Below are positions 12,716 to 25,600 of a stretch of 64,000 nucleotides of DNA, piece by piece (the first letter of the stretch is position 1; every line of letters starts with the position of its first letter). A program made the translations under genes and the position numbers. Source of the DNA: Podarcis cretensis (lineage: Eukaryota); NCBI GenBank assembly GCA_951804945.1, contig OX638159.1, positions 62,806,001 to 62,870,000 of the forward strand, read 5' to 3'. The notes under the pieces were generated by a model. The model was not told the DNA's origin, searched no databases, and saw only the letters and a list, made by a program, of their open reading frames with translations.

Positions 12716-12718
<3 letters not shown>
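12663..12718 (-). mobile_element. CR1 3' terminal fragment
   Basis: catagaatcatagagctgaaagggaccc... is the reverse complement of the CR1 tail. Confidence 0.75.

Positions 12719-12721
<3 letters not shown>

Positions 12722-12759
<38 letters not shown>
12722..12759. repeat. (CA)n microsatellite
   Basis: Perfect AC dinucleotide run. Confidence 0.97.
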
Positions 12760-12761
<2 letters not shown>

Positions 12762-14349
12762 CTTATATATTCTATGTATGAAACATCTGGCATTCTAAGG
12801 TTTGGATCTTCAGCTGTTCCTGGTGGCTACCAAAAGCCTTGAGCCCATTGCATAAACATGCTCTGATCATAGTGCATACTGGAACTGATTTCCATGTTTA
12901 TGACACTGCCCATCGTGCACCTATGTGTATGTATGAAACACAACAACTGAACTTGAGGACTATGTTAATTAACATAGTCCTCAGCATAGCTGGTTCTCCA
13001 TGCAAACATATTCTCACACCAAATGCTACCCTAGAGGTTCTGTTTTCAAGCAAAACCCATACCACAAGTGTTCTGCATAAATCACAACTTAAACATTATT
13101 TACGTGTTGCATTTCTAAGTCCTAGAAGTTTTGTAAGAACACCGCAGACACAAAGACTCAAATCGACCAAACACAAAATTGTAGACAGAGATTCAACAGA
13201 AACAGTTTCACTTGGAGGTCTTTTCTTTTCTGCCGAGTTATAAATGCCACTGTTACATTACATACTGCTCAATTCACCCCCAACCATGCAAAAGGTTTCA
13301 TACCAAGACTGTATTGATTTAAGCCAGTTTCATTATTACTAATGCTCTGCTTAATTTTAAAGACAACACGATATTGAGCAGAATAATGCCCTGCATTAAT
13401 AAACTTTCCCTTGAAATGGCTAGCAGATTTATTGCATTTGGTTGTTCAAATAAACACCAAAATCACTTTCCATAAATCATCATCTGCCTAAAAAGGCAGC
13501 CAGCATGGAACTTGATAGAGAAAGAGAGAAAGAAAAGTTATTAAAAAGTGTGTGAAATCTCATTGTAAATGTTAACTGATGCATTTTAATCAGGTACAAC
13601 ATGCCTGGATCGGTTGTGCTGCCCGACCTCGTCTCAGTGAAAATAAAACCAAAAGTCCCCTCATCCACCAGAAGGCTGTTGCACCTGTCACCGATCGCAA
13701 TGCGATAGTACGCAGTATTGCTACAGCTAAGGTGGGACTATTGTGTTTTAAAGGAAGAAGAAATGTAAAGCATGGAAATAAATATGATCTTCATCCACGA
13801 CTAAAAATGGCCATTCCACTTGAAATAATTATAACATCCTCCTAACAAAAACAGGCAACAGAAATGCTCACCTAAAATCAATGTCATATTCTTTTTTTAA
13901 ATGTGAAAGCTCCTATGATTCTGATAGACTCTTTAGCGTGTTTGGAACCAGTTCAAATGAGCAGAAGTTCTAACTGGGCGCCTTTCTTATTTAAGACATA
14001 TTTTAAAATTCATTCCAAAAGGGAAACTTCCAAAGTGAGATCCTAGACAAAACTGTGTGGCTGGTGAAGACAAAACAAAACAAAACAAAACAGGACCTTT
14101 CGAGTGGTGGGCCCACATTAAATGATGTCATTCCTGCAGAGATGAGTCTGGCCTCGTCAATGCCTGATTTTAAGCACGGACTGAAGAGGGAACAGACAGA
14201 CAAAACAAAAGACACGTCTCTTATGAAAATGCTCATATTGATCTGGGAGCAAATTAAAGGGAATACATTCTGAAAGGTCTATTATGCAGGATAGGTATCC
14301 AATGTCCTGAGCACATGAACTCCGGTCTTAAGAGCCTAAGAGGAGATCT

Positions 14350-14625
14350 CAGGCTCATCTAATCCAGCCGTCTGTTTTCGACAGAGACCAGATACTTAAC
14401 TTCTGCTATGAAGACAACAGACTTCCCCCTCCCGGCATCCTCAAGTCGCTTGTTCCCCAGAACCTGATATTCAGAGAAACACTGTCTGAACCTGGAGGTT
14501 GCTATTAGGCACTGTGGGCTAATATCCACTGATAGACCTTTCCTCCAGGAATTTGTGTAATTCCCTTTGGGCACCATCTAAGCCAGTAACCATTTCCCTA
14601 ACTTGTAGCAAGGAATTCCATCATG
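14350..14625 (-). mobile_element. Old CR1-family 3' fragment
   Basis: ccactgatagacctttcctccaggaatttgtgtaattccctttg...catctaagcc...aaggaattcca resembles the reverse complement of an older CR1 ORF2 end and 3'UTR. Confidence 0.55.
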
Positions 14626-14974
14626 TCAGATGATTGGAATAGGTGACTGGACGTGTTCCTTCTCATTCTAAAAGAGATTGAAACTGAAGAACCCACTGCT
14701 AAGGGATTACAAGCAGCACAGCGTCCAATTTCCTTTCCTAATGGAGTCCAGAAAAGAAATACACCCTGGGATTTGCTCTCTCATCTACAATTGCATCAAT
14801 TATCTTCAAAATGATTCAGGTTTCTGAGGACAGTTCTCTGTACGCCCATCTCCTTTTACCAGCCATTTATTCCCTTCTCCCTTCAGTGGGTGCTGCCAGC
14901 ACATGCTCAGCACCAATGCATAGGGCTAAAACAGGTTCTCCTTTCATTCCTCCATGAGCTGGTGCTTTGTAAAC

Positions 14975-15578
14975 AGAAAGCAAGGAACACTCTGGGCTGC
15001 ATCAATAGGAGTATAGCATCTAGATCAAGGGAAGTAATAGTGCCACTGTATTCTGCTCTGGTCAGACGTCACCTGGAGTACTGTGTCCAGTTCTGGGCAC
15101 CACAGTTCAAGAAGGACACTGACAAACTGGAACGTGTCCAGAGGAGGGCAACCAAAATGGTCAAAGGCCTGGAAACGATGCCTTATGAGGAACGGCTAAG
15201 GGAGTTGGGCATGTTTGGCCTGGAGAAGAGGAGGTTAAGGGGTGATATGATAGCCATGTTCAAATATATAAAAGGATGTCACATAGAGGAGGGAGAAAGG
15301 TTGTTTTCTACTGCTCCAGAGAAGCGGACACGGAGCAATGGATCCAAACTACAAGAAAGAAGATTCCACCTAAACATTAGGAAGAACTTCCTGACAGTAA
15401 GAGCTGTTCGACAGTGGAATTTGCTGCCAAGGAGTGTGGTGGAGTCTCCTTCTTTGGAGGTCTTTAAGCAGAGGCTTGACAACCATATGTCAGGAGTGCT
15501 CTGATGGTGTTTCCTGCTTGGCAGGGGGTTGAACTCGAAGGCCCTTGTGGTCTCTTCCAACTCTATGATTCTATGATT
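14975..15578 (+). mobile_element. Young 5'-truncated CR1 LINE (ORF2 C-terminus plus 3'UTR)
   Basis: Open frame [42 protein letters not shown]...[13 protein letters not shown]; tail CTATGATTCTATGATTC. Confidence 0.96.
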
Positions 15579-16268
15579 CAACCAGCCTCTGAGTTGTCCT
15601 TAAAGTGTAAGAATTTCCATTTCAGTCTCTTCCTAATGACACATCTGAGTACAGAATCTACAATGTTAGTCTCTATTTTCAAACCTGTAGGAATTTGCCT
15701 AACACTTAAACGTTGCAGAGCAATCAAGTCTGATAGCAGCAGGCTAAATATCAGTTTCTGAAAATAAATTTTATACGAATGTATTCTCCAGACAATTTGA
15801 CTTTTAAATGTTTAAAAGTGACATCTTTATGCAAGCGAACACTGGCTGAGGCAATAGCTACAAAACCTGGACATTTCCCCCGCATCCTTGTGCTTTTCAT
15901 AATAACCTGTTAAAAGCACAGCTGGCTGCAATGCAGCCTTTTACTGTTTTCCCTTGGAATAATTTACTGCTCTTCTGACCTATAAACAGATAGCCATTAC
16001 TGTGACTTAGCACCACAAAACATTCTGGACACATGCTCGGAGGTGATGCGTGCTTTTAAATATTGCATGTGTGAAAGCTTTTATAACCAGGTCTTTGTGA
16101 AATGGAAACATTACATTTCCTTAAGCAATGTTGCATACCTTTAAGCACCAAGCAGAAACAGTCTTCTTGTCCCAGGCTTTGACCAAGTAAACCAGCTATT
16201 GCCTTTTAAACTTTTTTAAGGGGGTGTATTGTTTTTGTTTGTTACTATGATATGTATTTTTGTCTGGT

Positions 16269-16300
16269 ATAATAGTAATAGTAATAATAATAATAATAAT
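16269..16300. repeat. (TAA/TAG)n microsatellite
   Basis: taatagtaatagtaataataataataataat. Confidence 0.9.
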
Positions 16301-16590
16301 TTTGAGCAGGTGATTTGTTGCTGCAAGGTTTCCATGCTTGTCTTTCCCCTTGAACGAAGAGCCACCCATTTTTGGCTTTTATGAGGGTTGATTAAACTTA
16401 GAATCTCAGTGCTTGATGTTTTCGTTGATCTCACTGGCTGACCTATTTTTCAACCAAACCCTACTCAAAAAAGCAAAACAAATAACATGCAGTGAGGTTT
16501 CTGCTTCATCCATTGTCGTTACCGTGGGACTGTGGTAATGGGAACCACCTGTCTGTTATGTGGTTCATTGCGCCCATCTACCCTTTAAAA

Positions 16591-16728
16591 CAGCTTTTCT
16601 CAACCTGTGAGTCCCCAGATGTTGTTGAACTACAACTCCCATCAGCCCTAGCTAGCAAGGCCAGAGCTCAGGGACGATGGGAGTTGTAGTCCAACAACAT
16701 CTGGGGACCCACAGGTTGAGAACCGCTG
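16591..16728. mobile_element. Palindromic non-autonomous hAT MITE
   Basis: TIR CAGCTTTTCTCAACCTGTG...CACAGGTTGAGAACCGCTG; perfect 8-bp TSD CTTTAAAA. Confidence 0.92.
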
Positions 16729-17019
16729 CTTTAAAAGCTTATTGAGAGGCCTGGATATAATTGAATTATGTGTCGCAGAAGCCAAGTTTTCTCAGAGAAG
16801 TTACGTGCAAATAAAAAATAAATGAATAGAGGACGTGCCCTCCTCCAATCCAAACTGGGACTGTTGCAGGGAGAGGTGGCCTTAACCTTTGTCCTCCCCG
16901 TCTTCATCCTAATGGCGCCACGCTGCCTCCTTTTTGTATTTGGTCCCCTATCTCGCTGAACTTGGGAAGGTAGAAATGGCATGTAGAGTAGACTTCTCGG
17001 GCGGCTGTTTATTAAGTTC

Positions 17020-17436
17020 ATAGAATCATAGAGTTGGAAGAGACCACAAGGGCCATCGAGTCCAACCCCCTGCCAAGCAGGAAACACCATCAGAGCACTC
17101 CTGACATATGGTTGTCAAGCCTCTGCTTAAAGACCTTTGGTTGGAATTAGCAGAAATCTGCCTTCTGGATTCTGTGCTGATTCTTAGGAGGACTTTTGAT
17201 TTATTGCCCCATCTCTTAAAAACTTCCTGGTGTCCATCCCAAATAACTCAAAGCAGCAGTTTTATTCCTTAGATGAGGAAAGCTATGTGCCTCCATTTTC
17301 CTTATGGCAACCATTCATGTATCTTATGACTTATGGTTCCTCCTTCTTTTTCTTCATGCTGAACAAGTTCTAAGCAAGCCACTAATAGCTTTGGTTGCTT
17401 TTTCATTTGCTGTCTCATCTGACTGTCAAAAACACT
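17020..17436 (-). repeat. Inverted near-identical copy of 62315-62731 (CR1 tail plus about 300 bp of unique intronic sequence)
   Basis: By eye it matches the reverse complement of 62315-62731 over 417 bp with one mismatch (ttattgcccc vs ttatggcccc). Confidence 0.95.
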
Positions 17437-18706
17437 GAAACTGCCTTGGTCGCACTGGTTGATGATCTCCGGTGGGCTAAGGACAAAGGTGAGAGCTGTT
17501 TCCTAGTTCTGCTGGATCTCTCAGCGGCGTTTGATACCATCGACCATGACATCCTTCTGGACCGTCTTGAGGGGCTGGGAGCTGGGGGCACTGTCATACA
17601 GTGGTTCCGCTCCTTCCTCCTGGGCCATGTTCAGAAAGTGGTGGGGGGGGATGAGTGTTCAGACCCCTGGGCTCTCACTTGTGGGGTGCCTCAGGGTTCT
17701 GTCCTCTCCCCCATGCTTTTCAACATCTACATGCAGCCGCTGGGAGAGATCATCAGGGGGTTTGGGCTGGGTTTTCATCAGTATGCGGATGATACCCAGC
17801 TCTACCTCTCTTTCAAATCAGAACCAGTGACGGTCCTGTGTGAGTGTCTGGAGGCGGTTGGAGGATGGATGGCGGCTAACAGATTGAGACTGAATCCTGA
17901 CAAGACAGAAGTACTGTTTCTGGGGGACAGGAGGCGGGCAGGTGTGGAGGATTCCCTGGTCCTGAATGGGGTAACTGTGCCCCTGAAGGACCAGGTGCGC
18001 AGCCTGGGAGTCATTTTGGACTCACAGCTGTCCATGGAGGCACAGGTTAAATCCGTGTCCAGGGCAGCTGTGTACCAGCTCCATCTGGTACGTAGGCTGA
18101 GACCCTATCTGCTCGCAGACTGCCTCGCCAGAGTGGTGCATGCTCTGGTTATCTCCCGCTTGGACTACTGCAATGTGCTCTACATGTGGCTACCTTTGGA
18201 GGTGACCCGGAAACTACAACTAATCCAGAACGCAGCAGCCAGACTGGTGACTGGGAGCAGCCACCGAGACCATATAACACCGGTCTTGAAAAACCTACAT
18301 TGGCTCCCAGTACGTTTCCGAGCACAATTCAAAGTGTTGGTGCTGACCTTTAAAGCCCTAAACGGCCTCGGTCCAGTATACCTGAAGGAGCGTCTCCACC
18401 CCCATCGATCTACCCGGACACTGAGGTCCAGCACTGAGGGCCTTCTGGCAGTTCCCTCACTGCGAGAAGCCAAGTTACAGGGAACCAGGCAGAGGGCCTT
18501 CTCGATAGTGGCGCCCTCCCTGTGGAACACCCTCCCACCAGGTGTCAAAGAGAACAACAACTACCAGACTTTTTGAAGACATCTGAAGGCAGCCCTGTTT
18601 AGGGAAGCTTTTAATGTTTGATGTATCACAGTATTTTAATATTCTTTTGGAAGCTGCCCAGAGTGGCTGGGGAAACCCAGCCAGATGGGTGGGGTATAAA
18701 TAATAA

Positions 18707-18756
<50 letters not shown>
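17433..18756 (+). mobile_element. Young 5'-truncated L2 LINE (RT domain to 3' end) with (TTA)n tail
   Basis: ORF 17395-18576 carries L2 RT motifs TETAL..LLDLSAAFDTIDH..GVPQGSVLSP..YADDTQLY..SRLDYCN..LHWLPV; long (TTA)n tail at about 18706-18756. Confidence 0.96.
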
Positions 18757-19460
18757 CTAAATCAGGAGAGTCTGCAAGACCTGGACAAGTGCTTGGGACT
18801 GGTGGTGGGTTGGCAAGATGAAGGCACTGTGGGAGGTGGTTCCTAAGTCTGGGACATTGGTCAATTGCCGGCTTTGGATGGGGTCGTGAAAGAGGAGATT
18901 CAGAGTCTGAAAGTGCTCCTGGATCTATCTCTGTCACTAGAGGCCCAGGAGACCTTAGTGGATTGGTGTGCCTTCTACCAGCTTCATCTGCTAAAACAAC
19001 TGCAGCCATTTCTTGCCTAGGATAGTCTGGTCACTGTAGCCCATGTACTGGTAACCTCCAGGCAGGATTACTGCAACGTGCTCTATGTGGGGCTGCTGCT
19101 GAGGTTGGCCCAGAAGCTGGTACAAAATGTGGCAGCTCAACACTGGGACAGAATATCGCCAATGCGTTACTCCACTGTTGAAAGAACTACAGTGGCTGCC
19201 AATGAGCTACTGGGCTAAATTCAAGCCACAAAAATTCCTACACAGCTTGGGGCCAGGATACCTGAAAGACCATGTCACCTCTTATGCATCCAGTTGGTCA
19301 CTGTGCTCTGCAGGCGAGGGCTTCCTGCAGATACCGTCTTATCAAGAGGTCTGTTCCACACAATGTGGAACGTTGGGCATTTAGTGTTATGCCACCTTCC
19401 CTTTTGAATTCCCTTCCCTTGAAGATCAGACAGGCACCATCTCTATTGGCGTACTGAAGA
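18757..19460 (+). mobile_element. Older degenerate L2 LINE fragment directly 3' of the young L2
   Basis: Degenerate L2 motifs: ggattactgcaacgtgctctatgtggggctg (DYCNVLYVGL) and LLKELQWLPMSYWAKFK. Confidence 0.8.
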
Positions 19461-20470
19461 CCTTCTTCATTCTATTGAACTTTCTCAGTCTGAATTGGTA
19501 CTGGAAATATTGAAAAGACTTTCAAAAGAAAGATTTTTCCAGGGTAATTAGTGTGACTTGCTTACTTCCAAGGACAGAGCGTTCAAGTGGCAGAAAGACT
19601 GCCAATGGCCGGGATCTGATTTACACGCAGAGAGATCCAAGACCCTGCCATATTTGGAACTGGGATCAGTTGGCAATCCCCTGGTATACTTCCCCTTCCC
19701 TGGGTCTGCGTGCCAGAGAACTATTTGCAGGTGGCTAATGGTAAAGGATAACCAGACTGCCTTATCCTATTTATGTCAAGAATATGTGTCATGCTGTGGA
19801 CAGCAAGACAAATCAGGGTCTAATTAGCTCAGTCAATTCCTTCAGTATTATCCTTTCAGTCTACATTGAGTTATTAAAGCCATGGAAATACAACACTACC
19901 GAGACAGCAATGATGGAAGTAAGATGTCAGAAGCTTATTAACTGGAGTTTGAGGATGCAGCTGCAAAACAGACAAACTATGATAAATACAAATTGGCTAA
20001 ATGGTAATCCATACCGTTGCCTTACGTTTTTTAAGCATACTTACAAACAAGCTCTGTTGCCTCATATACCACTGGTCAAGAGTGGGTTAGCGGCTACTTA
20101 AATAGCAGGCAGTATGGTGGGAGCTTCAAGTATGAACAAGGAGTCTTGATGCAAAAAACAACAACAAACCACTATTCAACAACAGCCTCTATTCACAAGT
20201 GAAACCAACTTAACATGTATCACTGCTTTTACTTGCATTTATCCCTTGGTAACTTTGCCTTCGTTCCTCTCCTATTGCCTAATGTAGACTCTGTTCTTTG
20301 CGACACAGGCCTATCTTTTGTTTTGCTGCAATCAGCATGTATACTGACACAATATTTATAAGAAGAAAGATAATAACTTATTTAAAGAAGGACAGTGTCA
20401 CAGAAAATTTAAAGGCTATTCTGTTATGGATTTTATGTACTGTATATGGGGAAAACCCAACAACACTTGA

Positions 20471-20471
<1 letters not shown>

Positions 20472-20502
<31 letters not shown>
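20472..20502. repeat. (CA)n microsatellite
   Basis: Perfect AC run. Confidence 0.97.
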
Positions 20503-20505
<3 letters not shown>

Positions 20506-21395
20506 CAGTTATTCACCCAGCTTCACTCAAAACAGAATCTGAAAGTCACAATTAAACACAGCAGAACCTTAAGCAAAATCACATGGAAATTCAAAATTTG
20601 GGGGGGAGGGCAGTCCACAGTGGGGATGGGGTCACCTTTCTATAGAGTCCAACATCTGCCTCTGACCATAATCAGAAGCAGGTGTCTTTAGTGGAAGAGC
20701 AGAACAAAGAGCACATGAAAAGATTTGGACTCACTCCATTTTTAGCAACTTTTTACCACTAAGCTAAAGAACTTTACAATGAAAAGAGTATCACACACTC
20801 ACACCCATTTAGCAGACATAAAGACGGATGCTCACAAAAGGAATGGTGACAGCCAGCTTTACAACAGTCACATAATCTGGAAATCTCATATACGGCTTCT
20901 GCTTATTAGTTGGATAGATAACAGGATGCCTGCAATGTACATATAGAAATACTCCTCTCAGAGCCCAGCTGGGCTGGCAAATCTTGATCAGGTGGTTGAG
21001 TGTCCCTTTTATACAGGATCCTCTCCAGTGAAATAGCCCCATTTGCTATTACCCTCTGATCTCAGGATGAAACTTGAAATGGATTGAGGCACCCATCCAC
21101 GTATGCAAGAAAACGTGCAATTTTGCAAAGCAGATGCTCAAAACAAGTACCCCAAGGACTAAATTATATTTGAAGGATTGTTTGGTGCTGTTTAGTGCTC
21201 CACGTCTGGATGGGGCGGGGGGGGGGAGGTTCACTCCTCAAGGTAGTTTGGAAGAAAGCTGATACTGATTGATATCTTGGCAAAAGCTGGTTTCTCAGGT
21301 TTGATTAAAACCAAACATCCAAAAACAATCACATCTGGGATTCAAGAGCTCTGTAGTCTCCAGTAACCCTCCTGTCTGGTGGTGACTTCCAGTTT

Positions 21396-21775
21396 TCATA
21401 GAATCTTAGAGTCATCTGGTCCAACCCGCCGCTGCAATGCAGGAATCTCAGCTAAAACATCCATGACAGATGGCCATCCAACCTCTGCTTTAAAGCCTCC
21501 AGGAAGAAGAGTCCACCACCTCCCGTGGGAGTCTGTTCCACTGCTGAACAGCTCTTACTATCAGAAAGGTTTTCTGTATGTTTAGTCGGAATCTCCTTTC
21601 TTGTAACTTGAAGCCACTGGTTCAAGCCCTACCCTCAAGAGCAAGAGAAAACAAACATGTTCCATGTTCCATCTTCCATGTGACAGCCCATAAGATATTT
21701 GAAGATGGCTATCTAATCTCCTCTGTCTCCTCTTTTCCATGCTAAACAGATCCAGCTCCTTCAAGCGCTCCTCGT
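21396..21775 (-). mobile_element. CR1 3' fragment
   Basis: Reverse-complement similarity to the CR1 at 15180-15578 (LKELDLFSMEKRR..., catagaatc tail). Confidence 0.85.
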
Positions 21776-21931
21776 ACGCTCCTCATATGTTTATCCTTTC
21801 CATCTAAAATGAAGGGCCACTGTACAGCAGTAGACCACGTGCTTTGAGTACAGAAGGTCCCAGATCCAGATCCAACCCTTGGTACCTCCGGATAGGGATG
21901 GGACAGACTCCCTTCCTGAAACCTTACAGAC

Positions 21932-22636
21932 CAGGCGCCCCCAAACTTGGCCCTCCTGATGTTTTGGGACTACAATTCCCATCATACGACATATGATATC
22001 TTTATTGTCACTATCCCATACAGAACAATGAAACTGAAAATCTACATAAAACATTCAAAAACCCCTAAAAACTCTGAAACCGCATTTTTAAATACAATAT
22101 ACTATAGAGACTCCTTATGCTGCGTTTAGAACCAGAATTGCATTTGCGTAGAAACTGTTTCTCAGGCGGCTAGTCCTGGTCTTTATAACCCTATACCTTC
22201 TTCCAGAAGGCAGAAGCTGAAAGAGATCATTTCCGGGGTGCGTACCATCTTGCGCTATCTCTGCAGCTTTCTTATGGCACCTGACAGCATAGATTTGATC
22301 TAAGGTGGGAAGAGTGTACCCAATTATTCTCTCCGCAGTCTTTACAACCCTGGACAGCGTTGTTTTTTCCCTGGCCGTGCAGCTCCCAAACCACACGCAC
22401 AGACCAGAAGTTAATACACTCTCCACAGTACAATGGTAAAATGCCATCAACAGGTCCTTTGAGAGATTGTTTTTCCGGAGGATTCTCAGAAAATATAACC
22501 TCTGCTGTGCTCTCTTCATCAGGCCTTTGCTGTTTTCTCCCCAGGTTAGGTCATCCCTGACCACTGGTCCTGTTAGCTAGGGATGATGGGAGTTGTAGTC
22601 CCAAAATAGCTGGAGGGCCAAGTTTGGCCATGCCTG
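21932..22636. mobile_element. Palindromic hAT MITE (same family as 10146-10281) interrupted by a Rex1 LINE
   Basis: Left half 21932-21985 and right half 22553-22636 rejoin into the MITE; TSD ttacagac/ttccagac. Confidence 0.85.
21990..22552 (-). mobile_element. Rex1/Babar LINE 3' fragment
   Basis: ORF 22115-22564 with AQQRLYFLR..FY...ESVLT....WFG...HP...F.LLPSGRRYR...RT.RL.NSFY, the Rex1/Babar C-terminal signature. Confidence 0.9.
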
Positions 22637-25600
22637 TTCCAGACAATACTGAGCTAGATGAGTTAGTGGTCTAACTCAGCAAAAGGCAGCCTCCTATGTT
22701 CCTGGGGCAGCTTGTTTTCTTCGAGCTCTGGCCTTTGCACCCCTATAGAGTCCCATGGAGAAAGGCTCCTCCTAAGCCTCTAGCCAACTCCTGCATCCTT
22801 CAAGAGTACTAGTCCAGGATTCAAAAATAAACCTACTACATCTTGGAGAGTGCAGAACTGCTCCACTAGCTTTTCCTCTTTCCACTTCAGCCACAAACAA
22901 TTGCCAACAAACCCAAAAGACAAGGGATTTGCAGATGTAGTGAACATTAAAAGTAAGAAACCAAAGTGCCGCCAGCTGTACTCACAAACAAACGGATTAA
23001 TGTGAAAAAGGGGTGGCCTGGCAAATAATTTTGCCCTTCCTGCCACGGGAGAGGTTCAAAACAGCCCCCGTGCAGAGGTTCATTCGGCAATGGAGCAAAG
23101 AAGCACAGGTCCTCTAAGTTGCAAAGCATTTCCACAATTTCTCGCCAAAATAAATTGGATTCTTTCCACTGTTTGAGATGGCAGCGAAGCAAGGACTGTA
23201 TAATTAGGTCAGAGCTGATTACCTAGAACAAGGGCAATTTTCTTTACATCCAAGTAAAGCTTCATGAAAAGCAGCAAAGAAAGTGCATTTGGGAGTAGCT
23301 GAGAGACTGTCTAAAATCTTTCTTGATGAAAGCGATTTAACTACATTTTAATATAGATGGTATTTTCTATTAATGTCAGGGCAGAAACTTATTGCTCCAC
23401 ATATCTCATCACAAGGGCTATCTCTGCATCTGTCTGAGTCAACTTCAGTGACCACTTCAATATTCACTTTACAATTAATGCTGCTTTTTTATGGCTCGCT
23501 AGAAAGTAAACCAATTTCAGCCCAGCTCCTCAGTATTGAATTTATTATAAAAAGTTATGTACTTAAAACTCCTATAATGAAACCAGAGGCATCATGAGAT
23601 ATTAACCTAGAGTTAATGCTGAGAAAGCCGGTTTGAATAATTCAATTCATGTCACCTTAAGTATCTTTTCAAATGGAATTAACTTTATCTCACACACAAA
23701 AAAGGAAGCGCCACGTTCCAGCTACTGATTATTGACTCCACGAGGGCTCCGTCTTAAATCATCACGGCACCATTTTCCCCAGTAAGTTTGTGGGGCTCTT
23801 GCCAAGACAGATGCTCAGAATGGAACGCCAGGCTGTCAGCCGAGGGCCGCCTGGACTCCACCCTCCGAGAAAAGGTTCTTCCGCATCCCAGAGACGAACC
23901 AGTGGAGCTGAACCAAGAGCTCGCTGGATTCACAGTTTGGACGGGATGCAGGGTTCCTGCAAAGTTTTTTCTCAATGTCAGTGCCTCTAACAATATCAGG
24001 CACTGTTTTCATCATCGTTCAGATGGCTTTAAAAGAAGAATTTGACATTCATGGATCCATTAAGGATGGCAACATGGTACTGAGCTATTAGATGAATCTG
24101 CGCCATGAAAACCCAGCTGGCCACAAGCCTTGTGTCCCTGGCAGACCAGAGTGGTGTGTAGTCACAGAAAAGAAAGTTTTTGGGGAAATAACAGCACCAA
24201 GAACAGGATGAGAAAGCAGACAATTCTGGTTACAAAGAAGAATCATATCCAGAAACTGCAGAAATATATCACTGTAGATTATACTGAGCTAAAGGAATAA
24301 CGCCGCTTCCTATGTTCATATGCCACAGAAACCTAGTGCGCTCTGTGTTCGTTTATTCTCTCTTAGAACTGAGATTATCCACTGCATTTGGAAGTTGGGC
24401 GAATGTGGAAGAAGGAAGGAATTGGACAGTGTCGCAAATCTGGGAAGAGATGTCGAACCAGGACTGATAGCAGCATCTACCTTTTCAAAGTCTGCCATTC
24501 GCCAAAGTATTGCAGAAGGTCTCAGCTGTATTCTTCAGTGTTAAAAGGCCACCAGTCCACTCCTTCATGGATCCAATGAAATCAGGTCGTAAAGCAATAC
24601 CAGTGAGACAAACACCCCCAAGGTACCACAGCACTTGCAGTCTTTGCTGCTGCAAAGAACATGGGTTGATTCACACATGCATGTCCCTGAGGTCCTAAGA
24701 TTACTGTGCTTCTGAAACAACAGAGAAAACCCTTGCACGAGACTCTGAAGCACCACAGAGCCTTTTGAAACTGAAATTCTGACTTGGGTACAGTCGATGC
24801 TCCAAAAGCTTTAGCAACATGACTTGTTTTATTCAGGGAAACAACTACCGCAAGAGTAAGACCATACACTTTTGACTAAACTCACCTTATGCCATTCTTC
24901 TCCCAAAGTGGGGGGGGGGGGCGGCATTTAAAAGTATATTTTTATATGATGTTCACATCACAGTAAATCTCCTCTGTATGCCTCCATAAAGCTGTTGGAG
25001 AACAAAGACTAAGACCCTTGCCTGAAGTGACACCCAAATTGCAGAACTTCCGTTCTGGATGTAGGCACCTGACATTTTTTACTATCTTTTAGGCACCATG
25101 CAAAGTCTGTCCCATGTTTAATGGCAGGTGTAACTGCCCCCTGGCTGGTTCCACCTCCAGTCTTGGGAATGGTGCTCCCCAAACTCCAAGAGCTGTTGGG
25201 GGCTCCTGCTGGCTCCAGACTACAGCTCACATAGAGGACGTACTAGGCTTTCCCGCAGCAGCTGTTTTATCTTAAAAAGCAGGTAGGGCAGCAAGCATCC
25301 AACAGAAAGAGAGCTGGGATGGAGGGGTGTTGGTTCTTGTAGAAAAGGTCCTTCCCATTCACTGCAGCGCTGCAGTGGTGAGAAGGAGGAGGACAACGAA
25401 AGAGAGCCCTGAAGCCCAGCTGCCTTTTGAGGAGAGGAGAAGGACAGCCAACAGAGTATCAGAAGGGCAAACAGTCCAGCCAGGTCTTTCAAGAAGGATG
25501 TGACAATAAAACTGATGGAGACTATCTGTCAGGAGGCTTAGAAGGAATATCTGGGTAGGTTCATTCCAGGGAGAATGGGGTTCCTCCCTCCTTCATTGCT

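Larger units (their letters stand above)
21810..22702 (+). mobile_element. Old tRNA-derived SINE split by a hAT MITE, which is itself split by Rex1
   Basis: Head gcagtagaccacgtgctttgagtacagaaggtcccag...cctgaaacc at 21810-21925; tail agacaatactgagctagatg...aaggcagcctcctatgttcct at 22640-22702. Confidence 0.7.

Noticed and set aside
17395-18576. 393-aa ORF as a host gene or domesticated RT
   Set aside because: It is a 5'-truncated L2 ORF2 ending in a premature stop. Its N-terminus is chance read-through from the duplicated segment.
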